Positions 7,842-16,412 of a stretch of 64,000 nucleotides of DNA are shown in pieces. Source of the DNA: Candidatus Micrarchaeota archaeon (lineage in GTDB: Archaea > Micrarchaeota > Micrarchaeia > Anstonellales > Bilamarchaeaceae). The position numbers were made by a program, and so were the translations under genes. The notes under the pieces were generated by a model. It did not search any database, was not told the DNA's origin, and was given only the letters and a program-made list of their open reading frames with translations. The stretch spans positions 16,995 to 80,994 of the forward strand of contig JAKEGJ010000016.1 in assembly GCA_022627495.1 (NCBI GenBank), read 5' to 3'. The number at the start of each line of letters is the position of its first letter. Position 1 is the stretch's first letter.

Positions 7842-9005
7842 TCACTTCCTCATTATGACTACGCTCTCCCTCGTCTTCACCTTCTGCGGGCGCACATCCG
7901 CGATGCGCTCGGCCCCCACCACGATTTCGGTTTCGGCAAAGCCGATGCGCTCTGCCATCTGTGCGAATATCTCGTCTACAATCACGTGCGTCTCGTGGAT
8001 GACGGAATTCGAAACGTTCACATACGCCGCCCCTCCGGGGCGCAGGACGCGGAACATCTCCGCGATGCTCGCCTCCATGTCCTTGAAATATGTCCCGACA
8101 ATCGGGATGCGGAGGCCGATTTCGCCGACCTCCGGAGGCATCTCCGTTTCCTGGCCCGGGTTTCCGGTTCTGATGAATGAGCGGATTGCCCGCATCCGGA
8201 CCTCCTCTGCCTCGGCCTTGCTCATCGCAAGCAGGCTGAGTTCAAGTCCGTAGATTTTCGAATAATCGATGTTGTTGAGGTACGGGGGCGACGTTATGAC
8301 CGCGTCCACCTCTTCGCCCCCGATGTCGAGCGCCCTGGCATCCCCGAGGAATACCCTGGGCACGTGGCCCTGCGGCCTGCCTTCAAGCTCGCGGCACATC
8401 CGCTTGACCTTCCGCCTGAATATCTCGCGGGCGGGAAGCGCGCGCTTGCGCTTGTCTATTTTCAGCACGCCTCCGTCCTTGAGGATGACGCTAGCCTGGG
8501 GCAGGACTGAAAGAAGCGCAAGGAGCAGGAGGTTGCGGCAGCGCCCATCCTCGTTCTCGATGGCCTCCCGGAGCGCGAGTATCTCGGTGTGGTTCCGCTT
8601 CGGGAACGCAGCTTTCGTGGAAAAAAGCTCGAACTGCCAGTCCAGCTTTTCGGCCGAGCGGTAGTCCAGTTTCCTGTTCAGGAAAGCAAGCGCGGATTCA
8701 AGGTCGCTTTTTTCATAATCTTCAGTCTTTGCCTTCGAAACGAAAGCCGCAAGCGTCGAGGCGTCCACCCCCGCCGATGCGATGCCCTTATCCTTGGCCG
8801 CAAGCAGCGTCGTCCCTACGCCGCAGAAAGGGTCCAGGACGGATTCCGGTCTCCTGTTTCCGGTTTCCAGTTCCGTTTTGAGCGCCCAATCGACCAGTTC
8901 GGGGGCATAACCCTCCTTGTACCAGAACCAGCCGTGGATTGGCTTCTCCTTGGAGAGCTCGAAAGTCATGAATGCCCCGAGCGCATAGTCAGTGGCCACC
9001 CGCAT
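7842..9005 (-). CDS. DNA methyltransferase (N4-C/N6-A), orphan
   Basis: HGWFWYKEGY, VLDPFCGVGTT (motif I) ahead of ITSPPY (motif IV). A TATA-like element (9024-9033) supports a start at 9005. Confidence 0.85.
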   Translation of the reverse strand: MRVATDYALGAFMTFELSKEKPIHGWFWYKEGYAPELVDWALKTELETGNRRPESVLDPFCGVGTTLLAAKDKGIASAGVDASTLAAFVSKAKTEDYEKSDLESALAFLNRKLDYRSAEKLDWQFELFSTKAAFPKRNHTEILALREAIENEDGRCRNLLLLALLSVLPQASVILKDGGVLKIDKRKRALPAREIFRRKVKRMCRELEGRPQGHVPRVFLGDARALDIGGEEVDAVITSPPYLNNIDYSKIYGLELSLLAMSKAEAEEVRMRAIRSFIRTGNPGQETEMPPEVGEIGLRIPIVGTYFKDMEASIAEMFRVLRPGGAAYVNVSNSVIHETHVIVDEIFAQMAERIGFAETEIVVGAERIADVRPQKVKTRESVVIMRK

Positions 9006-9217
9006 GGAAGGATTTCCCACCCAAACTATATAACCCATGCGCAACCGTATTGGCCGGGGTGGGGTTAGGATATGGCAATCGGGAGCGTGGCTTATAACCG
9101 GTTGGGGGTTTGGAAACCTGGCGCTCCCATTCCTGCATCCTGCCTCCTGGCACCCGGCCCGGTTCGCTCGCCTAAAACCCAATCTGTTTGTGCCGTAGAG
9201 GGGCGTTTCCCCTTTCG

Positions 9218-9622
9218 TCAGGGCGTCCTCTTCTTTCCCAGTTCCGCGCCTTCTTTCGAGAGCGCGTCCGCCTCGGCGTTGTGCTCGCGCGGGATGTGCT
9301 CGAAATGCACTTTAAGCCCCCTGCAGAGTTGCACGACGCGTTCGTGCAGCGGCCTCAGGCCGGGGTCCTTGACCTTGTACTCGCCGTTCAGCTGCCTGAC
9401 AACCAGCTGGCTGTCGCTTTTCACGCGCGCTTCCAAATCCCCCATCGCGTGCACCGTTTCAAGCGCCTTTATCACCGCGGTGTACTCGGCGATATTATTC
9501 GTGCCTACCCCCACATACTCGCTCAATTCCTCCACTATCATCCCGTCGCGGTATATCACTATGCCGATGCCCATCGGGCCGGGGTTTCCGAGCGAGGCTC
9601 CGTCGGTGAAAATCGTAAGCAT
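9218..9622 (-). CDS. rnhA: Ribonuclease HI
   Basis: FTDGASLGNPG, TNNIAEY, DSQLV and IPREHNAEADAL motifs. Confidence 0.93.
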   Translation of the reverse strand: MLTIFTDGASLGNPGPMGIGIVIYRDGMIVEELSEYVGVGTNNIAEYTAVIKALETVHAMGDLEARVKSDSQLVVRQLNGEYKVKDPGLRPLHERVVQLCRGLKVHFEHIPREHNAEADALSKEGAELGKKRTP

Positions 9623-9674
9623 GGACTATCCTCCGGGCGCAATGATTTAAATCTGAGTCGGCCTAACGTCATGC

Positions 9675-10124
9675 ATGGCGCATTCTTTCCATCCGCACCC
9701 AATCGTCGCTGTTACGAAGGTCGTCATGATGACCGTCCTCCTCAGCATCCTGGTATTGGTGATGAGGGAGCTTTTGGAACGGATACTCTACCCGCTCATG
9801 GCCTCCCTCTGGCTGGTCGGAATCGTCTTCATACTCGTCGCTTATCTGGCCTCCAGGTTCCAGACGCTGACGCTGGAGGAGAACAGCATGCTGTTCCAGT
9901 CCGGAATCCTCGCCACGCGCAGGATAATGCTTCCATACTCGAAGATAACCGAGACAAGCTATGTCCAGGGCCTTGTGCAGCGCGTCTTCGGAGTCGGGAC
10001 ATTGAACGTCGATACTGCGGGGGGCGGCAACATGGCCATCCACATGCCGGACGTGAAGCACGACGACCTGAAAAGGATACTGGCCGAGATACGCGCCAAA
10101 GGCGGCAAGGGCGACGGGACATAA
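9675..10124 (+). CDS. Membrane protein with bacterial PH domain
   Basis: Two TMs followed by SGIL...PYSKI...QGLVQRVFGVGTL. Confidence 0.8.
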   Translation: MAHSFHPHPIVAVTKVVMMTVLLSILVLVMRELLERILYPLMASLWLVGIVFILVAYLASRFQTLTLEENSMLFQSGILATRRIMLPYSKITETSYVQGLVQRVFGVGTLNVDTAGGGNMAIHMPDVKHDDLKRILAEIRAKGGKGDGT

Positions 10125-10142
10125 GTGCGCGGGGGGATTGGA

Positions 10143-10640
10143 ATGCAGGAACTCGAGTTTACCGAAGACTATCTAATCATCCGGCAGAAGCCGCTCATAC
10201 TGAAGCTCCGGAGCCTCGGCGCGGGCGTGGAGGAGGGGGATGAGACGCGCATCACTTATCTCGAAGCGGCGTATTTCGCAGAGCGCAAGGTCCTGGACCT
10301 GGATAAGGAGGACCTGCTCTCCAGGGCGCTCGTGAAAGACGGGCTTGCCCGCGAGAAATACCATTGCATCCGGTACCTTCGCGAGCGCGGATACATCGTA
10401 CGGCCGAGCCTGGACGGCACCGGGTACCTCCGCCTGCACCGCAAGGGCTTGCGGCCCGGAGAGGACAAGACCTACTACCTCATAGAAGTCGTCCCCACAT
10501 CTTGGCAAATCAGCCCCGGGGGGCTCATGCCTTCGCTTGAAACCGCGGGGCGGCTCCGCAAGGAGCTTGCCATCGCCGTAGTGGATTTGGCGCAGGAGCG
10601 GCCCCTCTTCATCAAGTTCGGCAGGATGAACTTCGATTAA
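10143..10640 (+). CDS. endA: tRNA-splicing endonuclease subunit, probably structural (beta-type)
   Basis: YLEAAYF, YLRERGYIV and RKELAIAVVD fit the EndA fold; the catalytic Tyr and His positions are not conserved. Confidence 0.72.
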   Translation: MQELEFTEDYLIIRQKPLILKLRSLGAGVEEGDETRITYLEAAYFAERKVLDLDKEDLLSRALVKDGLAREKYHCIRYLRERGYIVRPSLDGTGYLRLHRKGLRPGEDKTYYLIEVVPTSWQISPGGLMPSLETAGRLRKELAIAVVDLAQERPLFIKFGRMNFD

Positions 10641-10812
10641 TTGCGGGTTTTTCCAATCATCCCGCTTAGCCCAGAGCGGCGAAGCCCGCGTTCCAAGGGA
10701 GCCCGCCGGGCATGCACACCCGAAAAATCAGTGCGCGGCGAAAGCCGCCGTCCGAAAGCCGCCGTCCGCCTTATGCTCGGATTTATAAAAATTGCCGGCC
10801 ACTCACTACGCC

Positions 10813-11520
10813 ATGGAAACCCGCCCGTCATTCCTGCTGCTCGGCATGGCAGCGCTGCTATTTTCCGGTTGCATATCAATTGATTACATCCAGGATGTTG
10901 ACCGCGAGGGCAACTCGATGGTCAGGGAAAGCGTGAACCTCAGCGGCCTGCTTTCGGCTGGGGGGCAGTACTCCGGCGCCTCGGAGGATTTCTCGGACGC
11001 CTGCGGGAATATCACTGAAGATGACCGCACTGTGAACTGCACATACTCTGAAGGAATGCTCGTCCTGTCCAAGGCCCTTTTGAAAAGCGACAACTATTAC
11101 CTCTTCAGCAAGGCCTCGGAATTCCCTTACGTCGTCTATGCCCTTGAGGTCCGCCGGGTGCCCCCGGTGGTGGCGACCGACACCATATCCGGAACCTCCA
11201 GCCAGACTGAATACGATTTCACGGACCCCTCGGCCAAGCTCGGCGCATCCACCATGAAGACCGCCGGCGCATCCTTCACCTACTCCGTCCTCATGCCGGG
11301 CGAGCTTGTCAGCGCGGAGAACGGCGAAATAGCGACCGACGAATCCGGAAAGAAATACGCCCGGTACGATGTGCTGAAACTCATGGACGAGGGCAAATAC
11401 ATCGTAGTCAAATCCCGGGAGCTGGACGTGCCGCTTCTTATGGCGCTCGGCGCAGGCATCGTACTCCTTGTGGGCGGCATCGCAGTGTCAGCCGTCCTCC
11501 TCAAAGCCATGAAGAAATGA
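10813..11520 (+). CDS. Hypothetical surface protein with lipobox-like leader and C-terminal TM
   Basis: LLFSGC leader; C-terminal hydrophobic helix followed by KK. Confidence 0.7.
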   Translation: METRPSFLLLGMAALLFSGCISIDYIQDVDREGNSMVRESVNLSGLLSAGGQYSGASEDFSDACGNITEDDRTVNCTYSEGMLVLSKALLKSDNYYLFSKASEFPYVVYALEVRRVPPVVATDTISGTSSQTEYDFTDPSAKLGASTMKTAGASFTYSVLMPGELVSAENGEIATDESGKKYARYDVLKLMDEGKYIVVKSRELDVPLLMALGAGIVLLVGGIAVSAVLLKAMKK

Positions 11521-11575
11521 CCTCGCCCGTCTTTTTTTTGCAAGCGTTTATAATCCAAAAGCGCGAAAAGAGCCC

Positions 11576-13093
11576 ATGGGAGAGCAACTGGGGACCGTGA
11601 TAGCCGGGGAGGAATCGCCGTCCACTTCCGAATTCTCATTCGTAGTGAAAGGCGGCGTCGTCCGCAAGGGCCAGTACGTGCAGCTCAAACACGGCGATGG
11701 CAGCATGTTCGGCTTCGTTTCGGAGGTCTACAAGGCCAACCGGTATTACGAGCGGGCGGAAAGCGTGGCGGAATTCGAGCGCGGAAGCGGGGGTGGCATG
11801 TCGTCCCAATTTCCCTCGGATTCATGGGAGTATGTCATCGCCGTGGTGAAGGTGCTCGGGGTTTTCAGCGGAAAGCGCTTCGAGCGTGCATTCAGCCCGC
11901 CTTCGCCCGGGGCCGCAGTGCACGATGCCGAGCGCGGCGTCCTCCGCTCCTTCCTGGGTTTCGAGGATGCGGGCCTCCACCTCGGCTCGATAGAGCACCA
12001 CGACGTTCCCGCGCGCATCTCCATGACGCGCCTCCTGCAGAAGCACCTCGCCATCCTCGCCATGAGCGGCGCGGGCAAATCCCACCTGGCAGGCGTGCTC
12101 CTCGAAGAGCTGCTGTCCCGCAGGAAGGAGGACGGCCGCGTGGCAGTCGTGGTCGTCGACATACACGGCGAATACGGCGGGTTCGCGCACGACCCGGTTT
12201 TCGGCAGGCAGACCACCGTAATCGAGGGCGGCGACATCGCAATCCCGCTTAGGAAAATCCATCCGGAGGCCATTATGGAGTGGCTGCCGCACCTTTCTGC
12301 CCCCCAGCGCGACGTCCTGCGCCATTGCCTGAGCGCTCTCCGGGAGGAGAAGAAGGGCGCCGCCGGATATTCTTTCAAGGAGCTGATGGCGGCGGTAGAT
12401 GCGGCCGACGTGTCAAAGGACGATGTGAAGCGCGCCCTTAAGCGCAGCCTTTCCGAATTGAAGCGATACCGTTTCCTTTCCCGCAAAACAGAAAACCCGA
12501 AACTCGCAGCGCAAGTCCGCCCCGGCGGCCTGCTCATACTCGACTTCAGCCCGATAGACTCGCTGCGGAAGAAGCAGATCCTGGTCTCGCTGATGGCCCG
12601 CAGGCTTTTATCGCTCCGCAAGAAGGGAAAAATCCCCCCGTTCATGCTGCTTATCGAAGAGGCGCACAATTTCGCGAGGGAGAAGGCCGAGGAGAGCGAG
12701 GCGGTCAGCAGGGCGATAATCGAAACGATTGCCCGGGAAGGCCGCAAGTTCGGCGCATCGCTGTGCCTGATCAGCCAGCGGCCGGTGAACCTGAGCACCA
12801 CGGCCCTGAGCCAGTGCAATACCCACATAATCCTGCGCGTCACGAACCCGAACGACCTCGACCACATACAGATGAGTTCCGAGGGCATAGACGCCCGCGT
12901 GGCCAAGAGCATCACGAGCCTGAAAGTCGGCGAGGCGATAGTTGTCGGCGAGGCGGTCAACTACCCGGTGTTCATAAGCGTCCGCGACCGCAAGTCCGAG
13001 AAGCGGGAAAAAGGCGCCCCCCTGCACATGCAGGCAATCGCGTTCGAGGAGAAGCAGGAGAAGAATGCGAAGAACGCGGAGGCGTTCCTCTAA
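11576..13093 (+). CDS. HerA/FtsK-like ATPase (HAS barrel plus DUF87)
   Basis: Walker A AMSGAGKS, DIHGEY, Walker B IEEAHNF, REGRKFG and SQRP motifs. Confidence 0.9.
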   Translation: MGEQLGTVIAGEESPSTSEFSFVVKGGVVRKGQYVQLKHGDGSMFGFVSEVYKANRYYERAESVAEFERGSGGGMSSQFPSDSWEYVIAVVKVLGVFSGKRFERAFSPPSPGAAVHDAERGVLRSFLGFEDAGLHLGSIEHHDVPARISMTRLLQKHLAILAMSGAGKSHLAGVLLEELLSRRKEDGRVAVVVVDIHGEYGGFAHDPVFGRQTTVIEGGDIAIPLRKIHPEAIMEWLPHLSAPQRDVLRHCLSALREEKKGAAGYSFKELMAAVDAADVSKDDVKRALKRSLSELKRYRFLSRKTENPKLAAQVRPGGLLILDFSPIDSLRKKQILVSLMARRLLSLRKKGKIPPFMLLIEEAHNFAREKAEESEAVSRAIIETIAREGRKFGASLCLISQRPVNLSTTALSQCNTHIILRVTNPNDLDHIQMSSEGIDARVAKSITSLKVGEAIVVGEAVNYPVFISVRDRKSEKREKGAPLHMQAIAFEEKQEKNAKNAEAFL

Positions 13094-13174
13094 AAATTCC
13101 CAAAGCGGCGCGTCCGCCCCATCCGTCCGGCCGCCCCAGAGCAGGTTTTAAATCCTTAAGACAGATATTGGCGC

Positions 13175-13984
13175 ATGCTGAGCAAGACGACCCTGTTAGC
13201 GCTGGCGCTTATCGTTTCCTGTTCGTTCGCACTGAACCTGGTCACGCCCGCAGTGCATGACGTTAAGCCTGGCGACACTATTGACCTTGGGACCATAGGC
13301 CCGGGCCAGACCGTCTCGCTCCTAATCGACCCCAAGGTCGCAAGCGGGGGCATCCATGGGCAAGGCGGCCTGTACGACCAGGCGGTCATGGGCGATTTGC
13401 CCCGGGGATGGACGAGCCAGGACAGCAAGCTCTACCAGAACCCGCTCATGCTCACTATCAGCGCCGACCCCGACGCGCCCGAGGGCGACTACGTTGCGCG
13501 CGTCACTGTCATAGACGAGAACAACGGCGAGGAGCTCGGCAACGTCACCTTCAACGTCAAGGTGCGCATCACCTGGGACGTTATGGATTTCGATGTCTCG
13601 CCCAACTACCGTAGCGTCGGCCCGGGGCAGCCGGCCCGCTTCGCCATAACTATAACCAACAAGGGCTCAACGAGCGACGTGTTCCAGGTGAGCGCAACCG
13701 GTGCAAAAAGATGGGAGTTCACCAAGCCCGTCTTTGTCCCTGCGCAGAGCACGAAGACGTTCTATTACGAGATTGTGGCCACGGAGGAGGAGACCTACCG
13801 GACGACTGTGGGCGCGGTATCGCTGGCGAGCGGGAACATAGCCGAATCCGAGAACGTTACACTTTTCGTCCGCTCCGACCTGATCGGCGACTACAAGGCG
13901 GCCAATAACGGCGCGGTGGTGTTCCCGATATTCGAAGCGCCGATTTACGCGCTGGCCGGGCTTCTCTCGAACCTCTTCAATTAG
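13175..13984 (+). CDS. Hypothetical secreted protein with Ig-like beta domains
   Basis: Signal peptide; APEGDY and ITNKGSTSDVF beta-sandwich-type motifs. Confidence 0.7.
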   Translation: MLSKTTLLALALIVSCSFALNLVTPAVHDVKPGDTIDLGTIGPGQTVSLLIDPKVASGGIHGQGGLYDQAVMGDLPRGWTSQDSKLYQNPLMLTISADPDAPEGDYVARVTVIDENNGEELGNVTFNVKVRITWDVMDFDVSPNYRSVGPGQPARFAITITNKGSTSDVFQVSATGAKRWEFTKPVFVPAQSTKTFYYEIVATEEETYRTTVGAVSLASGNIAESENVTLFVRSDLIGDYKAANNGAVVFPIFEAPIYALAGLLSNLFN

Positions 13985-14017
13985 GGATAAAAAGTCCCCT
14001 GCGCATATGCTCATGCG

Positions 14018-15580
14018 ATGACAAGGCTGGAGGCCATAGATTCCATAGTCAGGCGAATCCTTGCCGGCGATGCGGCCAGGCACAGCCTGGACTGGGTGAA
14101 GCGGCAGGAATGCCGCCGCTATCGCATTTCGGACATGATACGGAACCCGGAAATCCTTGCGCGCTTCCCCGAGGAACGCCTGAACCCGGAACTCAAAACC
14201 CTTCTTCGCAAATGCCCGACGCGCACTGTTTCGGGCGTAACTCCTGTCGCGGTCATGATACGGCCGCAGGGCTCGTGCCGCCATGATTGCATCTACTGCC
14301 CGGAAAGCGGCCTGGCCGCCAAAAGCTACAGCGGGTTCGAGCCCGCAGCCCTCCGGAGCAGGCAGTGCGGATTCGACCCCTATCTCCAGTCTTCAGGCCG
14401 CGTGGCCCAGCTTGAGGGCGGAGGCCACCCTGCCGACAAGTGCGAAGTCATAATCATGGGCGGCACGTTCCTTGAGATGGATGCGGAATACAAGCGCTCG
14501 TTCGTGAAGGGGGTGTATGACGGATTGAACGGCTTCCGCGCCGGAACGCTCGAAGAGGCCATCCGCGCGAACGAGAAGGCGAAGACGCACCGCGCTGTGG
14601 GGCTCACGGTGGAGACGCGCCCGGACGCGTGCGTCCGGCATATCGCCGAGATGCTCTCTTACGGGGCGACGCGCGTTGAGCTGGGCGTACAGCATGCCGA
14701 TGACGGAATCTACCGCCGGATCAGGCGGGGCCACACGGTCAGGCACGTCGTCGAATCCACGCGCGCCCTGAAAGACGCGGCATTCAAGGTGCTCTACCAC
14801 ATCATGCCCGGCCTTCCGGAATCCGGCAGGGAGAAGGACATCCGGGCCGTCAAAAAGCTGTTTGCCGGCGGGCGGTTCCAGCCTGACATGCTCAAAATCT
14901 ACCCAACACTGGTTCTTGAAGGCACGGGCCTCAAGGCGCTGGCGGATGCGGGGGAGTACGAGCCGTACGATGCGGAGATGGCTGCGGATGTAATCTCCGA
15001 ATTCTACCGCCACATCCCAGGCTACGTGCGCGTGATGCGGATACAGCGCGACATCCCGGCCCGCCTAATCTGGCGCGGGGTCAGGAAAAGCAACCTGCGC
15101 GAGCTTGTGGAGGCCGCGATACGCGAGAAGGGGATAGTCCCGAAGGAAATCCGGTGCCGGGAAATCGGCCTGCAGGGCGGAAAGCCCCCGCCGCTTTCCG
15201 AATTCGACATCGTCCGCACCGACTACGAAGCGAGCGGGGGGCGGGAAACGTTCCTTTCATACGAGAACCGCGACGGGCTCCTGGCCGGTTTCATCCGCCT
15301 CAGGCTCCCATCCGAAAAATCCGCGGGCATCCGCAGTTCAATCCGCCCCGATGCCGCCCTCGTCCGCGAGCTCCATGTCTACGGTAGCGAAGTGCCCATC
15401 AGCGGGCGCGGGGATGTCCAGCACCACGGGCTTGGCGCAAGGCTCCTCAAAGCCGCAGAGGATGCGGCCAAGGAAGATGGGCGGGGCAATATGCTGATAA
15501 TAAGCGGCGTCGGGGTCCGGGAGTATTACCGGAAGCACGGCTATGCCCAAGACGGCTATTACATGGGGAAGGCCCTTTGA
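14018..15580 (+). CDS. elp3: tRNA uridine(34) acetyltransferase Elp3
   Basis: SGVTPVAVM, CRHDCIYCP radical SAM motif, ETRPD, VRELHVYG, QHHGLG and ISGVGVREYY motifs. Confidence 0.95.
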   Translation: MTRLEAIDSIVRRILAGDAARHSLDWVKRQECRRYRISDMIRNPEILARFPEERLNPELKTLLRKCPTRTVSGVTPVAVMIRPQGSCRHDCIYCPESGLAAKSYSGFEPAALRSRQCGFDPYLQSSGRVAQLEGGGHPADKCEVIIMGGTFLEMDAEYKRSFVKGVYDGLNGFRAGTLEEAIRANEKAKTHRAVGLTVETRPDACVRHIAEMLSYGATRVELGVQHADDGIYRRIRRGHTVRHVVESTRALKDAAFKVLYHIMPGLPESGREKDIRAVKKLFAGGRFQPDMLKIYPTLVLEGTGLKALADAGEYEPYDAEMAADVISEFYRHIPGYVRVMRIQRDIPARLIWRGVRKSNLRELVEAAIREKGIVPKEIRCREIGLQGGKPPPLSEFDIVRTDYEASGGRETFLSYENRDGLLAGFIRLRLPSEKSAGIRSSIRPDAALVRELHVYGSEVPISGRGDVQHHGLGARLLKAAEDAAKEDGRGNMLIISGVGVREYYRKHGYAQDGYYMGKAL

Positions 15581-15596
15581 TTTTGATTAGCGCGCG

Positions 15597-16412
15597 TCAG
15601 ATCCTGGAGGCAAGGCCGTCCTCTTCGTTGAATTCGCGAAGCACCTCGTCCTGCTCCTTTAGCAAATCGAGGTATTCTTTCTGGAGCGTCGCGAAGACGT
15701 TCTCCTCCTCTTCGCTGAAAACCTTTATCTGGCGCTCCGCGTTCTTGAGCTGTATCCTGGCATTGAGGTTCTGCATCTTCTTCAGATTCTCCTCGAGCCG
15801 CCCCCTTGCGGACTCCGCCACCCAGACACAGCGGTTCTGCATCTCGATGCGTATCTCCTTATCGCCCTCGAGGCCCTCCCCCGACGGCAGGAGCCCGCTT
15901 CCGGATAATGCGCACATTATGCCGCAGCGGCGGAGGAACCTTGCCAGCTTGGCGCGCGTGCATTCGTCGATTGAAGTCGCGGAAAGGGGTTTATCGAGCG
16001 CGCCTGCGGCTATCGCCCGCAGCGCTTCGTTGCGCTCCTCCTCGGACATCCGGGCTATTATTATCAGGAGCTTGGCTATCTCGGCGCGGTTCTCGAAATT
16101 CTTCTTGACAATCATCCCGCGGTCCTTGAGCGTCTGGTACGCCTTCCCGTCCCTCACCTTGATGCCCGCGCGGATGGCATCCGGGGGGAATTCCTCCAGG
16201 GCGCTCGCAAGCTCGTCGAGCCTGTCCTGGTTCGGGAAAACGAGCCTTATGCCGGCGGCCTTCGCCCGCTCTGACAGCTCCTCGGCATTCACCGAGACCC
16301 TCCGGAGCTCGCCGTCTGGGGTGACGCCAAGCACGCTCGCCTGGAACTGCAGTTCAGCCTTTTTTTTGTTTAGCTCTATCAGCCTTGCCAAATCGCGTGC
16401 CGTAAGCACCAT
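15597..16412 (-). CDS. Hypothetical protein with C-terminal coiled coil
   Basis: Codon usage like neighbours; charged helical C-terminus; start overlaps the end of the upstream protease gene. Confidence 0.7.
   Translation of the reverse strand: MVLTARDLARLIELNKKKAELQFQASVLGVTPDGELRRVSVNAEELSERAKAAGIRLVFPNQDRLDELASALEEFPPDAIRAGIKVRDGKAYQTLKDRGMIVKKNFENRAEIAKLLIIIARMSEEERNEALRAIAAGALDKPLSATSIDECTRAKLARFLRRCGIMCALSGSGLLPSGEGLEGDKEIRIEMQNRCVWVAESARGRLEENLKKMQNLNARIQLKNAERQIKVFSEEEENVFATLQKEYLDLLKEQDEVLREFNEEDGLASRI

Noticed and set aside
7842..9005. Complete restriction-modification system
   Set aside because: No adjacent endonuclease is recognisable.
9041..9167. SRP or RNase P RNA identity for this hairpin
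   Set aside because: Lacks the SRP helix 8 motif and the RNase P P4 consensus.
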